A DNA stretch of 64,000 nt, taken from the NCBI GenBank assembly GCA_041690595.1, contig JAWLHB010000001.1, positions 1 to 64,000 of the forward strand. Direction: 5' to 3'. A model generated the notes under the pieces. It did not search any database, was not told the DNA's origin, and worked only from the letters and a program-made list of their open reading frames with translations. The stretch comes from Lentisphaeria bacterium (GTDB lineage: Bacteria > Verrucomicrobiota > Lentisphaeria > JABSQK01 > JAWLHB01). Positions 38,797 through 48,733 of this stretch are shown one piece after another; the first letter of the stretch is position 1; every line of letters starts with the position of its first letter. The translations under genes and the position numbers were made by a program.

Positions 38797-41700
38797 ATGA
38801 CTCCTGACAAGTCATATCCATGGTGGTTCCACCTGGTGATCGGCATCCCCATGCTACTGCTGGGCGCTCGGTCGATCGGCGCGGAGACTCCACCCATCTA
38901 TGATCTGGAACGGGACTTCGCAAGGAAGCTCATCGACCGTCAGATGTATGATTACGCTCAGGATCAGCTTACGCATCTCAAGCAGGAGTTTCGCCGTCAG
39001 GAGATGCCCAATCTGCTGGTCGAAGCTGAACTCCTGATGGCTCAGCGCAAGATATCCGAGGCAACGCAGCTGCTCCAGAAAATACCCAAGGACGATCCGG
39101 CCTATGTTGATTCGATCGTTCTGAGGACCCGTGTGCTGACGGATCCGAAGGAGAAGCAGAAGGCTTACGCCGATTATTTTGCTGCCGTCAAGCAACCCAG
39201 TACGGAGCAGGAAGCGGACGACTACCGCAAGATGGTCTTGCGTTATACTCAGGAACTGATGGATGCAGGCGAATACGACAAGGCGAAGGAAAGCCTGAAG
39301 CTGCTGGCAAAGTCTTCGGCGGAAGCTGACGAAGTGACGCAACGACGGATCCGGCTGAAGTCGGGGCAGATTCTGCTGGCCGGAGCGGAGGAAACGGAAG
39401 ATGCCAAGAAGAAGCAGGTCCTGATCAAGCAGGCCATCGAGGAACTGCGAGAGCTGGTCTGGAAGATGGACTATTTCTCGGCGACGGTCTATCCAGACCT
39501 GATGCACGCCTACAATCTGAGCAATGAGCCGGAAGAGGCGATCGCCAATTTCAATAACTCCTGGGAACTGCTGCAGAACACGGAAAAGATGCTGCGTGAG
39601 CAACTGGGGAATAATTCCGCATCTCCGGTGCCGCGCGCACTTTTCTATCTTGCTGAAGCCTACAAGACGCAGGCCGCGCTGTCACGCGAGACCGAGAAGA
39701 AGCTCAAGGACGAAGCCGAAAAACAACTCCAGGCTCAAAAGACGGTCGAGCTACTTCGCTCGGCGGCCAAAGCCTATGCTCTGGTTTTTCACAAGTATGC
39801 GGATTCCCGTCAACAAGCAGAAGCGCTCAACGAATTCAGCCTGATAGGTAAGATTCTCGAGAAGTATTACAACACCAAAGCGCCGGAAGCGCCGGGCGGA
39901 ATGGCTCAGGGAGCGAAGCTGAAGGCTACGCACGAGTTGTACAATAAAGATCAGTATGGCTTGGCTGCCAAGGGCTACCTGGAGGTAGCCGCGATGGATC
40001 TTGGTTCGCAGGAAGGGGCCGAAGCCCTTTCCATGGCAGCAGCATCCTATCGGCGAACCATGCAATGGTGGGAGGCCATGGCCACCATCGATCTGATGAT
40101 CGAGTTCGCCAGGAACTATGAACGCACTGGCGACTCCATCTACAATCTTGGCTTGAGCCTGTACCAGGAAGCCCGCAAGACCTCCGATCCTGCCCAGGCA
40201 GCTGTGCTTGAAGACCTGGCCATCGAGTATCTGACGCTTTTCGTGGAGGTTTCGCCTACCCATCCGCGGGCGGCGACAACCGCCTATACGATCGCGGAAA
40301 ACCAGTATGCGCGAGCAAGCAACTTGCGCAACGAAGCGCAGGAACTGGAAAAGCAGAACGCGCCGATCAGCCAGATCAACAGCAAACTCGAAACTGCGCG
40401 CGATGCCTACGCCATGAGCATACCCCTGTACGAATCGGTGGTCCAGAACCATGCAGTATCCGAAAATGCGGTGAAGGCGCTCAACAAGCTGGGGTGGGTC
40501 TACCAGATCCTGGAGCAGCGCGAGAAGGCTGCTAACAGCTTCCTCCAGTACAGCGAAAAGGAAGAGGAGCCGGCAAAAAAGGTGGCGGCGATTTATTACG
40601 CAGCCGATAATTTCCTGCGAGCCGACAATGCGGATGAGGCCATTACCCATTTCAAGCAGGTCATCCAGTTGACGGATAAGGGAGGCCAGTTTGAGAGTGT
40701 GAAAGGGGACGTGGCAAAATTCCGTGAGCTCTCCTTGACCATGCTGCCGTGGGCGTATGATGCCAAGACGGAGCAGGTGAAGCGTCAGCTGGCTCGCAGT
40801 GAGCAATTGCTCGTTGAGGTGCGTGCCGAAGAGGAAGAGAAGAAGCGGCTTGCGGCGGAAGCCGGGGACGAGCCGGCTCCGGTGGTCAATGAAGGCGAGG
40901 ATGACGGCCCAAAGCCAATCGGAACCGGCATGACCGAAGAGCAGGTGAAAGATCAGATCGAGCAGATCAAGGCAGATCTTGAGACGTATCGTCAGGAAAC
41001 CATCGCGGGCCTGGAGAATCAGCGTACCAAGCGGCCGGACGCGGAGAACACCCCCGATGCCATGGCCAAGCTGGGAGCGCTCTATACCGAGATGGGCAAC
41101 TTCGAGGCCGCGGCTGAAGTCATATCCGTGCTGGATCAGAAGTACCCGGAGACTCCCGCTGGACAGCAGGCGCTCTTCACCCTGTTTCGTGCGTATATAA
41201 ACATTGGCGAGATCGAGAAGGCCAGGGAAGTTGCCAAACGCATGATCTCCCGGCTGCCCGATTACAGCACCAACAACGTCGTCTACATTGCTACGCGGCT
41301 CTTCGAGGAGAACAAAAAGTACGAGGTTACCGTGCTTGATCCGGAGCTGGCCTTCGCCGCCAATGACGAGATCATCAAGCGGGCGGATGCCACCAAGCCA
41401 GGTGCCGCGGATTATGACCAGATGCAGCTGCTGCGCCAGCGCGCATTCTTCAATCGCGCTCGCAGTCTCCACCTGATGAAGCGCTATGATCAGGCAATCG
41501 AGGCTGCCGATCGCTATATGACGACCTTCCCCCAGGGAGCGTACCTCTTTGATGCGCGACTGCTCAAGGCCATCGCCTTGCGCGACAAGGGAGATCCCGA
41601 AGCAGGCTTGGCCGAAATTTCTGAAGTGCTCAAGGGGATCAACAAGCAGGATCTGGAAGGGACGTATTTCCGGGCGCTGGTGGAAGGTGCGCGGGCATTG

Positions 41701-41949
41701 ATCAGCATGAACGAGGAGGCGCGCGTACGGCAGGCCACTGGTATGCTGCTCCCGATCGCCCTTGTGGGCAACGCCGAAACGGAAGAAGGCGGAAAATGGC
41801 TGGAAGCGGCCTATTATGAATTGGCCAGGGCGCACGCTCTGCTGGGCAACGCCGAAAAGAAGGAAGAGTTCCGCAACATCTATTTGAGAAAGTATCTTAC
41901 TGGTGGCTGGAGGCAGGAGATCAGCGTGCTGCCCGCCAAGAGGTTCTGA
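38797..41949 (+). CDS. Large secreted TPR-repeat protein (1050 aa)
   Basis: Signal-like N-terminus; repeated A-x-Y/F-x-L-G/A helical pairs (ALFYLAEAY, SIYNLGLSLY, ALNKLGWVY, AMAKLGALY). Confidence 0.85.
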   Translation: MTPDKSYPWWFHLVIGIPMLLLGARSIGAETPPIYDLERDFARKLIDRQMYDYAQDQLTHLKQEFRRQEMPNLLVEAELLMAQRKISEATQLLQKIPKDDPAYVDSIVLRTRVLTDPKEKQKAYADYFAAVKQPSTEQEADDYRKMVLRYTQELMDAGEYDKAKESLKLLAKSSAEADEVTQRRIRLKSGQILLAGAEETEDAKKKQVLIKQAIEELRELVWKMDYFSATVYPDLMHAYNLSNEPEEAIANFNNSWELLQNTEKMLREQLGNNSASPVPRALFYLAEAYKTQAALSRETEKKLKDEAEKQLQAQKTVELLRSAAKAYALVFHKYADSRQQAEALNEFSLIGKILEKYYNTKAPEAPGGMAQGAKLKATHELYNKDQYGLAAKGYLEVAAMDLGSQEGAEALSMAAASYRRTMQWWEAMATIDLMIEFARNYERTGDSIYNLGLSLYQEARKTSDPAQAAVLEDLAIEYLTLFVEVSPTHPRAATTAYTIAENQYARASNLRNEAQELEKQNAPISQINSKLETARDAYAMSIPLYESVVQNHAVSENAVKALNKLGWVYQILEQREKAANSFLQYSEKEEEPAKKVAAIYYAADNFLRADNADEAITHFKQVIQLTDKGGQFESVKGDVAKFRELSLTMLPWAYDAKTEQVKRQLARSEQLLVEVRAEEEEKKRLAAEAGDEPAPVVNEGEDDGPKPIGTGMTEEQVKDQIEQIKADLETYRQETIAGLENQRTKRPDAENTPDAMAKLGALYTEMGNFEAAAEVISVLDQKYPETPAGQQALFTLFRAYINIGEIEKAREVAKRMISRLPDYSTNNVVYIATRLFEENKKYEVTVLDPELAFAANDEIIKRADATKPGAADYDQMQLLRQRAFFNRARSLHLMKRYDQAIEAADRYMTTFPQGAYLFDARLLKAIALRDKGDPEAGLAEISEVLKGINKQDLEGTYFRALVEGARALISMNEEARVRQATGMLLPIALVGNAETEEGGKWLEAAYYELARAHALLGNAEKKEEFRNIYLRKYLTGGWRQEISVLPAKRF

Positions 41950-42001
41950 TGCTCACTCAAGACTTTCCAGCGTATCTAACGTCATTGAAGGAGACTACAG
42001 G

Positions 42002-42760
42002 ATGAAGAGCCTGACAATGCTGAGCACCTTGCTCCTGCTGCTGCTGTCAGTTACCGCAACCCAAGCCGCAAAAGATCATTGGATCATCAAGACCGATGGG
42101 AGTCGTATTGAAGGCGTGGGAATTGAGGCCGATAGCCAGGGAAATCTGAAGATCAAGCTGGAGGCGGATCGCGATATCGCCACCACGGTGAAATGGGGTG
42201 AGTACCGCAGCGTTCGCACGCCGGAACCTCGAGAGGTCAAGGCCATTGCTTCGTTTTTCGCTCGTAATGAGCATGCCAAAGTGATCTCCGCGGTTGGTCA
42301 GGTATTCGATCGATTCAAGTTTCTGGGCTGGGCGGATGAGCTGAAGTACATGGAAGGCATGAGCCATCTGGCCGGTCAGCAGTTCGAAAAAGCACTCGAG
42401 ACTTTTACCACTGGCGCGAAGTTCACGATGGATCCGGACGAAAAATCGAAGCTCAACCGTGGCATGATCGAAGCGCATATCGCTCTGGATCAGTTTGACA
42501 AGGCCGCGGGACTGCTGGATCAGCTCAGCGTCAAGGATCCCGATACTGCCGCTTATCGGTTCAGCATCAAGGGACGTTTGCTCGAGCAGCAGGGCAAGAA
42601 GCGCGATGCCGTGCTCAATCACCTCAAAGTGATCATGTTGTATCCCGATGCTGGCGAGGTGCGCAAGGACGCCTACCAGCATGTCATTCGCCTTCTCAAG
42701 TCGATGAACGATAATCGTTACATGGATTTTGAGCGGGATTACAAGCAGCAGTACGGCTGA
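42002..42760 (+). CDS. Secreted TPR-containing protein
   Basis: RBS GGAG; signal peptide MKSLTMLSTLLLLLLSVTATQA; TPR-like helices; AVLNHLKVIMLYP. Confidence 0.75.
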   Translation: MKSLTMLSTLLLLLLSVTATQAAKDHWIIKTDGSRIEGVGIEADSQGNLKIKLEADRDIATTVKWGEYRSVRTPEPREVKAIASFFARNEHAKVISAVGQVFDRFKFLGWADELKYMEGMSHLAGQQFEKALETFTTGAKFTMDPDEKSKLNRGMIEAHIALDQFDKAAGLLDQLSVKDPDTAAYRFSIKGRLLEQQGKKRDAVLNHLKVIMLYPDAGEVRKDAYQHVIRLLKSMNDNRYMDFERDYKQQYG

Positions 42761-42885
42761 TTTTTTGGCAATCGCTGTTTGTATTCAGGTACCAAGTCAG
42801 TAAATGTAGGGCATGAACAGAGTGGCAGACGGCAATGCGATGCCAGATCGTCTCATGCAAGGAACCCCTCCAGAGGAATAGTGGA

Positions 42886-43674
42886 ATGGCTAAGAAGTTG
42901 CGTCTTTTGATGTCCGCCCTGATTGTGTTGTTCACCCTTCAGACGGGCTGGGTTGTGGCTCAGGACGAAGCGCTTGGAGACGATCCTGCTGTCACGGAAG
43001 AAGCTGCAGCGGTGGACGAAGGGGCGCCCGGCTTCACCAAGATCGTTTTCGGTGAAGGGCTCGTCAACACCGTGATCTGGATGGTGATTTTTCTCGCCTC
43101 CTTTGCCACCCTCGCGTTGATGGTGGATGGTGCGCTGGCGGTGCGTCGCGACAAGCTCTTGCCGTCGCAGGTGGTGCACGGTGTCAGGCAATCACTGGAT
43201 GAAGGTGATCTGGGGCAGGCGATTGCGGTTTGCGAGCAAAACCCAGGACCGCTGTCGAATATCCTTATCGCGGGCTTCAGCAACATCAACGAGGGGTATG
43301 AAGTCATTCAGGAATCGGTCACCGCGGCGACGGATCTGGAGAGTGAGAAGATCATGCAGCGGATCAATTACCTGAACCTTTGCGGGCAGATTGCGCCAAT
43401 GTTGGGACTGCTCGGTACGGTAACCGGTATGGTGCGCGCCTTCGCCACCCTGAGTGAGTCAGGACCGATGCGTGACCAAATGTTGGCCTTGGCGATTTCC
43501 ACGGCCCTGTGGACAACAGTGTGTGGTCTGTTGATCGCGGTTCCCGCTTTGCTCGCCTTCACGATCTTCAAGAACCTGGCCACCAAGGTTCTGCTGGAGT
43601 CGGAAGCGACGGTTCTGGACTTGTTGAAGATTCTGCGCAGCGCGGAAGTTGAAGAAGAGTACGAAGAAGAGTAA
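42886..43674 (+). CDS. exbB: MotA/TolQ/ExbB proton channel family protein
   Basis: IAPMLGLLGTVTGMVRAF; ISTALWTTVCGLLIAVP. Confidence 0.9.
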   Translation: MAKKLRLLMSALIVLFTLQTGWVVAQDEALGDDPAVTEEAAAVDEGAPGFTKIVFGEGLVNTVIWMVIFLASFATLALMVDGALAVRRDKLLPSQVVHGVRQSLDEGDLGQAIAVCEQNPGPLSNILIAGFSNINEGYEVIQESVTAATDLESEKIMQRINYLNLCGQIAPMLGLLGTVTGMVRAFATLSESGPMRDQMLALAISTALWTTVCGLLIAVPALLAFTIFKNLATKVLLESEATVLDLLKILRSAEVEEEYEEE

Positions 43675-43696
43675 CCCTGCGAGGAGCAGATAGCTT

Positions 43697-44134
43697 ATGC
43701 GCCTGTCCAGAGATGAAGATATCGAGGTGCCACTGGCATCCCTGATAGATATCGTCTTCCTGCTGATTATTTTCTTCGTTGTGACGACGAATCTCCAGAA
43801 GGACGTGATCGATCGTCAGATCAATCTCGCGAAGTCCTACTTCATCCCGCCCTTGGAAGAAGGGCTACCGATGAATACGGTTACAATCAACCTGGGCTAT
43901 AAGCCCGGGCAGCAAACGCGATATGTCATTGGCGGTGCCAACTACAGCCTGCGGCAGATTGAGCAGATGTTGAGTGTGGTTCGCGAGAAGAACGGCAATG
44001 ACGTGCCGATCGTGATCCGGGCTGACAGGATCACGCCTTATCGTGAGGTCCAGAAGCTCAACGACGCCATCGGCCGGGCGGGGCTCTACAAAGTCAGCCA
44101 CTCGTCGGAATACATACAGCGGAAGTCTGAATGA
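43697..44134 (+). CDS. exbD: ExbD/TolR family protein
   Basis: PLASLIDIVFLLIIFFVV with the conserved Asp; IVIRAD. Confidence 0.9.
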   Translation: MRLSRDEDIEVPLASLIDIVFLLIIFFVVTTNLQKDVIDRQINLAKSYFIPPLEEGLPMNTVTINLGYKPGQQTRYVIGGANYSLRQIEQMLSVVREKNGNDVPIVIRADRITPYREVQKLNDAIGRAGLYKVSHSSEYIQRKSE

Positions 44135-44176
44135 CAGCGAGACGCTGGCAAACCTGTTTATTGAGGCAAGGTAACG

Positions 44177-44590
44177 ATGGCGCGCAGACTCAGATCTGAG
44201 AAGACGGAAGTACCCATGTCCGCGATGATTGACGTGGTCTTTCTGTTGCTGGTCTTTTTTATTGCCACGAAAAAGCCGAATATCCCGGAGGCGCATGTCG
44301 CCATCAATATGCCCTCGCCGAATCCATCCACCTCCACCGACATTCCGCCGCCGCCGCTGATGGAAGTGCATGTGCTCCCTAATGGGAGATACATGCTGCT
44401 GGGACGGGCGCGCAAATCGCTCGACCAGTTCGAGGAGTTGTTCATCGACATTGCGCTGAACAATCCTGACTCGACAGTGATCATCAAGGTGGCGCCGGAC
44501 GCGACGGAGGGAGATCTGGTGGATCTTCTGGATCGTGCCAGCAAGGCAAACCTGCACAACCTCAATGTGATGATGCTGGCTGGCGGGTGA
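44177..44590 (+). CDS. exbD: Second ExbD/TolR family protein
   Basis: PMSAMIDVVFLLLVFFI with the conserved Asp. Confidence 0.88.
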   Translation: MARRLRSEKTEVPMSAMIDVVFLLLVFFIATKKPNIPEAHVAINMPSPNPSTSTDIPPPPLMEVHVLPNGRYMLLGRARKSLDQFEELFIDIALNNPDSTVIIKVAPDATEGDLVDLLDRASKANLHNLNVMMLAGG

Positions 44591-44603
44591 CCGGCCACCC
44601 GGT

Positions 44604-45410
44604 CTATCGCGGCCGGGATTCGTAGTAGCTGACAACCTGCCGCACCCCTTCCTCCGCGGTATCCGCAAAGGTGAAGAGGCTCAGGTCTTCCTCGCTGATC
44701 ATCCCCCATTCGACAAAGCTCTGCCAGTTGACGAGCGTCTCCCAGAACTCCCGGCCAAAGAGTATGATAGGTATGCGGGGCGTCTTGTACGTCTGCACAA
44801 GGGTGAGGGTTTCGAACAGTTCATCCATGGTGCCATAGCCACCCGGAAAGGCACACAGCGCCTTGGCCCGGAGGAGGAAGTGCATCTTGCGGATGGAGAA
44901 ATAATGGAAGAGGAAGTTGAGCTCGGGTGTGATATAGGGATTGGAATGCTGCTCGTGCGGCAAGGTGATGTTGAGCCCGATCGATTTGGCGCCGACATCG
45001 TGCGCTCCCCGATTCGCCGCTTCCATGATGCCCGGTCCACCACCGGTGGTGACGACATAGTCGAGGAGCCCGTGAGCCTGACCAAGCTGGCTGATCTGGG
45101 CGGCAAACTCGCGTGCCAAAGCGTAATACTGGCTGTGATGGACAAGCTGTTCCGCGCGAGCGACCAGGCTGCGCAGGTGGGGATTGTCCGGCGAGGTGTT
45201 ACTGTGCTGGCGGGCGTCCTGCAAGCGCCGGTTCGCTTCGTCTGGTGCCAGCGTGCGGGCACTGCCGAAGATGACAATGGTTGACCGTACCCCTTCGTCA
45301 TTCATGATCAGTTCAGGTTTGAGCAGCTCGAGCTGCAGCCGCACCGGCCGCAGGTCGTTGCGTTTCAGAAAGGGAATGTCCTCATAGGCCTTGAGAAGGT
45401 TCTGCTCCAC
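44604..45410 (-). CDS. LOG family (Rossmann-fold) nucleotide phosphoribohydrolase
   Basis: IFGSAR, TGGGPGIMEAANRGA, PGGYGTMDELFE. Confidence 0.9.
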   Translation of the reverse strand: MEQNLLKAYEDIPFLKRNDLRPVRLQLELLKPELIMNDEGVRSTIVIFGSARTLAPDEANRRLQDARQHSNTSPDNPHLRSLVARAEQLVHHSQYYALAREFAAQISQLGQAHGLLDYVVTTGGGPGIMEAANRGAHDVGAKSIGLNITLPHEQHSNPYITPELNFLFHYFSIRKMHFLLRAKALCAFPGGYGTMDELFETLTLVQTYKTPRIPIILFGREFWETLVNWQSFVEWGMISEEDLSLFTFADTAEEGVRQVVSYYESRPR

Positions 45411-45520
45411 CTGAATTCTGTCTCCGAGATGTTGGTATCGGCCGCGGTGGGCCTATATTCGATGTTGATAGCGGCGCCCCCTATTTCTAACCCCTGCAGC
45501 AGGTCTGGTCAAGATTAAGC

Positions 45521-46306
45521 ATGAATGAATTCCTTGAAAATCTGGCGCGTGAGGCTGGCGAGCGTCTCCTCGATTATTTTAAGCGCATCGATCAACTGGC
45601 AATTGACCACAAGAGTGAAAGGGATCTGGTGACGGAAGCCGACCGGGCGCTGGAGTCTTTCCTGGTCGAACGCATTCTGGCCCGCTATCCCGACCACAGT
45701 ATCAATGGCGAAGAGTCGGGACGTCATGCCGGCAGTGAGATGTGCTGGGTGATCGATCCCATCGACGGCACCGCGTCGTTCGTTCACGGTCAACCCTATT
45801 TTTCGATCTCGATTGCCGTGCAGGAGCATGGGCGAACCGTCAGCGGCTGTGTCTATGCGCCGGTGATGGACGAGCTGTTCCTTGCTTCCCGCGGATCGGG
45901 GGCGACGCGCAATGGGCAGCCTATCGCGGTCAGCGGTCGTGGTCGGCTGATCGACAGCATGATGGCCACCGGCTTCGCCTGCATACGTAGTGATCTGAAG
46001 CGCAACAATCTGCCGTATTTCAGTGCGCTGCTGCCCCGACTGCGGGATGTGCGGCGCTATGGTTCAGCCGCGCTGGACTTGTGTTATGTGGCGTGCGGCC
46101 GTCTCGAAGGCTTCTGGGAGCTGAATCTCCACGATTATGACGTGGCTGCCGGCATACTTATTCTGGAGGAAGCAGGAGGCCTGTTCACGGACTTTGATGG
46201 CGGTAGCGAGAATATCTATGCGGAGAATCTCGGCACGAACCGCGCGATCCACAAGGAGGTCGTGCAGCTTTTTCGTGAGGTGGAGATAGCCCGTGGCGTG
46301 AGCTGA
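45521..46306 (+). CDS. suhB: Inositol monophosphatase family protein
   Basis: DLVTEAD, GEE, WVIDPIDGT, RRYGSAALDLCYVACGR, DVAAG. Confidence 0.9.
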   Translation: MNEFLENLAREAGERLLDYFKRIDQLAIDHKSERDLVTEADRALESFLVERILARYPDHSINGEESGRHAGSEMCWVIDPIDGTASFVHGQPYFSISIAVQEHGRTVSGCVYAPVMDELFLASRGSGATRNGQPIAVSGRGRLIDSMMATGFACIRSDLKRNNLPYFSALLPRLRDVRRYGSAALDLCYVACGRLEGFWELNLHDYDVAAGILILEEAGGLFTDFDGGSENIYAENLGTNRAIHKEVVQLFREVEIARGVS

Positions 46307-46311
46307 CACCG

Positions 46312-46896
46312 TCACCGGCCGGATTGCCGGTAATGATGGCGGATATAGAGCAGACCGCAGAAGTCGTAAAGCGCATGCGCCATGATAGGCGGCACCAGGC
46401 TATCGGTGGCAAGCATCAGGCTTCCAAGGTAGAAGCCGATGAGTGTCGCCATGACGACATAGATACGCGTCACCGCGTGAGCCAGTCCGAATGCAACTGA
46501 TGCCAACAGGAGCGCGATCAGCGGCCCGGTATGCAGGGTGAGCCAGAACTGGATGATGCCACGAAAAAGTAACTCTTCGCCGAGACCAGCCAGAAAAGAT
46601 ACAACGGCAAGATCGAAGACCGATGCTTTGTCCACCATCGGCACGAGCGTTTCTTCAAGCAGCTCTCTGATGCGCCTCATCCCAGCGCTCCGGCTCTTCC
46701 ACAAAGCGTGAAAGAGCAGACAAAGGGGCAGGGTGGCGGCAAGTCCCCAAGCGACAGCTCTCCAAGAAGGGCTCAGCAGGTTCAGTGGCGAAGGGATCAT
46801 GAAGAGCCCGACTGCCAGGGCGAAAAGCGTCAGCGCGCCCTCTACCGCAACACCGAGCTGGCGAAAAGTTCTGGGGGAAAACTCGTTTCTGGGCAT
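46312..46896 (-). CDS. CPBP family intramembrane glutamic endopeptidase (CAAX/Abi-like)
   Basis: GLGEELLFRG, FGLAH, HALYD. Confidence 0.9.
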   Translation of the reverse strand: MPRNEFSPRTFRQLGVAVEGALTLFALAVGLFMIPSPLNLLSPSWRAVAWGLAATLPLCLLFHALWKSRSAGMRRIRELLEETLVPMVDKASVFDLAVVSFLAGLGEELLFRGIIQFWLTLHTGPLIALLLASVAFGLAHAVTRIYVVMATLIGFYLGSLMLATDSLVPPIMAHALYDFCGLLYIRHHYRQSGR

Positions 46897-47041
46897 GGAT
46901 GGGTCATGGAATTTGGCAAAAATATTGCTGCTTCCTTGAAAAGCAGTTTGTGTGTGGCAGAATATAGTGCGTGTCTGGCAAGAGCCAGTACATTCGGCGG
47001 AAAAATCATGTTTGAGTAGGTAGGTTGCAGGTGTTTTGCCT

Positions 47042-47974
47042 ATGGATGATCACGCTATAGTGACCGAGGAACTCAGCAAGCAATATCGCGGGGCGCTCTG
47101 GCGGCTCAGGCCTGAAGCCGCGTTGAAGTCGCTTTCACTGAGTGTGCCGCGCGGTGTTGTGTTTGGCTTTCTGGGGCCGAACGGCGCCGGCAAGACAACA
47201 ACCATACGTTGCCTGATGGACCTGATCCGACCGAGCAGCGGGAATGCCTGGGTGCTGGGAGCGCCTTCAGGCGATGTCGCAATTCGACAGCGTGTAGGCT
47301 ATCTTCCCGATAATCCCATGTTCAGTCCTCATCTTACAGCTATGCAGTTTCTGAAGCTGTGCGCTCGGCTGTTGAAGGTGCCAGGCGACCAGCGGCGCTC
47401 ACGCATCGAGAGTGCCTTGAAGGAAGTGGATATGATGGAGAGCGCGAGTCGTCCACTGCGGGAGTTTTCCCGGGGCATGATCCAGCGCATTGGCATTGCT
47501 CAGACACTGCTCAACGAACCGGATCTGCTGATTCTCGATGAGCCGCTCGTGGGGCTGGATCCCCATGGCCGCAAGGATTTGCTGGAGATTGTGCGCAGGC
47601 AGAAGCAGCGGGGAGCCTGCATTTTCTTCTGCAGTCATATTCTTTCGGATGTGGAGAAGCTCTGTGATCAGGTGGGAATCCTCTTCAAAGGGCGCCTGCT
47701 TTGTTCAGGACCGCTGACTGAACTGCTTGGAGCCAAGGGGATGAACGTGCTGGTACCGGCAAAGGAAGAGTCTCTGGCACGGGAACTGATGTTGGATGCC
47801 GAGGATTCGCATCGCGAAGCTGATGGCAGCTGGCAGCTCTCGTTCACGTCGGAGTCCAAAGTGAAGCGCCTGCAGGAGCGTTCGTGGCCGGAGGGTGTGC
47901 TTCTTCAGCCTCGTCGCGAAGGGTTGGAAGAGCTTTTCTTCCGATTGACAAAGCAGGAGAAGGGCGATGGATGA
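47042..47974 (+). CDS. ABC-2 type ATP-binding protein (PilH-like)
   Basis: GPNGAGKTT, FSRGMIQR, LILDEP, SHILSDVE. Confidence 0.92.
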   Translation: MDDHAIVTEELSKQYRGALWRLRPEAALKSLSLSVPRGVVFGFLGPNGAGKTTTIRCLMDLIRPSSGNAWVLGAPSGDVAIRQRVGYLPDNPMFSPHLTAMQFLKLCARLLKVPGDQRRSRIESALKEVDMMESASRPLREFSRGMIQRIGIAQTLLNEPDLLILDEPLVGLDPHGRKDLLEIVRRQKQRGACIFFCSHILSDVEKLCDQVGILFKGRLLCSGPLTELLGAKGMNVLVPAKEESLARELMLDAEDSHREADGSWQLSFTSESKVKRLQERSWPEGVLLQPRREGLEELFFRLTKQEKGDG

Positions 47975-48695
47975 AGTACTGGCGATTGCCCAGAGCACCT
48001 GGCAGCGGATTCTGAAGATGTTCGTCGTCTACTTGCTGGTTGGGTGCGCCATCATCGAGATTGGCATCACGCTTCTGTACGATACGTTGACGATGCATCA
48101 TCATCGCATGTTGATGGTAGACCTGTCGCTGGTGCTGACAACGATGGCGGGGCTGCTGACGGTGCTGGCGCTTGCTTTTGACCTGCCGCGCGAGATGCGG
48201 GAGGGTGGGGCTGCCACGCTCCTGTCGAAGCCGATCGGGCGATACCAGTACCTGCTTGGCAAGTACTTCGGCATCCTGCTTGTCTCACTGGTGGTGACCG
48301 GCATGATTGCCACAGGCTTCTGTCTCGTACACTGGTTGAGCTTCAAATCCTTGCCGCCAAGCGCGATCCAGGGACATATTCTGGCCGTCGTGCAGGTGAT
48401 TCCGATAGCGGCTATCGGCCTCTTCTTTGCGGCGTTGCTGAGTGAAGCCGCCGCTGCAATCATGACCGCGGTTACGGTATGGATAGCCCACAGCACCCCT
48501 ATGCTGGCAAAGTATCCGATCGTCTATGGCGGGCTGCTGCCGGACCTGAATCTGTTCAACATGCGGGCGGAAGCAACGTACAATGTCGCGATCAACGGAC
48601 CCTACCTGTTGATGGTGGCGGCGTGGGGCATCGCCTATTCCGTCGCGCTATTCGCCTTGACTGCCTTGATCTTCAATCAGCGAGATCTGAAGTAA
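47967..48695 (+). CDS. ABC-2 type permease (PilI-like)
   Basis: About 6 TM; LLSKPIGRYQYLLGKYFG; LPDLNLFN; FNQRDLK end. Confidence 0.85.
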   Translation: MDEVLAIAQSTWQRILKMFVVYLLVGCAIIEIGITLLYDTLTMHHHRMLMVDLSLVLTTMAGLLTVLALAFDLPREMREGGAATLLSKPIGRYQYLLGKYFGILLVSLVVTGMIATGFCLVHWLSFKSLPPSAIQGHILAVVQVIPIAAIGLFFAALLSEAAAAIMTAVTVWIAHSTPMLAKYPIVYGGLLPDLNLFNMRAEATYNVAINGPYLLMVAAWGIAYSVALFALTALIFNQRDLK

Positions 48696-48733
48696 CGGCA
48701 TCCACCTTCACGCTATATTCCCTGAGAGATACC

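Noticed and set aside
39751..41835. 694-aa minus-strand ORF, and similar long antisense ORFs over gltX, mutS2 and the HhH gene
   Set aside because: Fully overlap confident genes on the other strand; no recognisable domains
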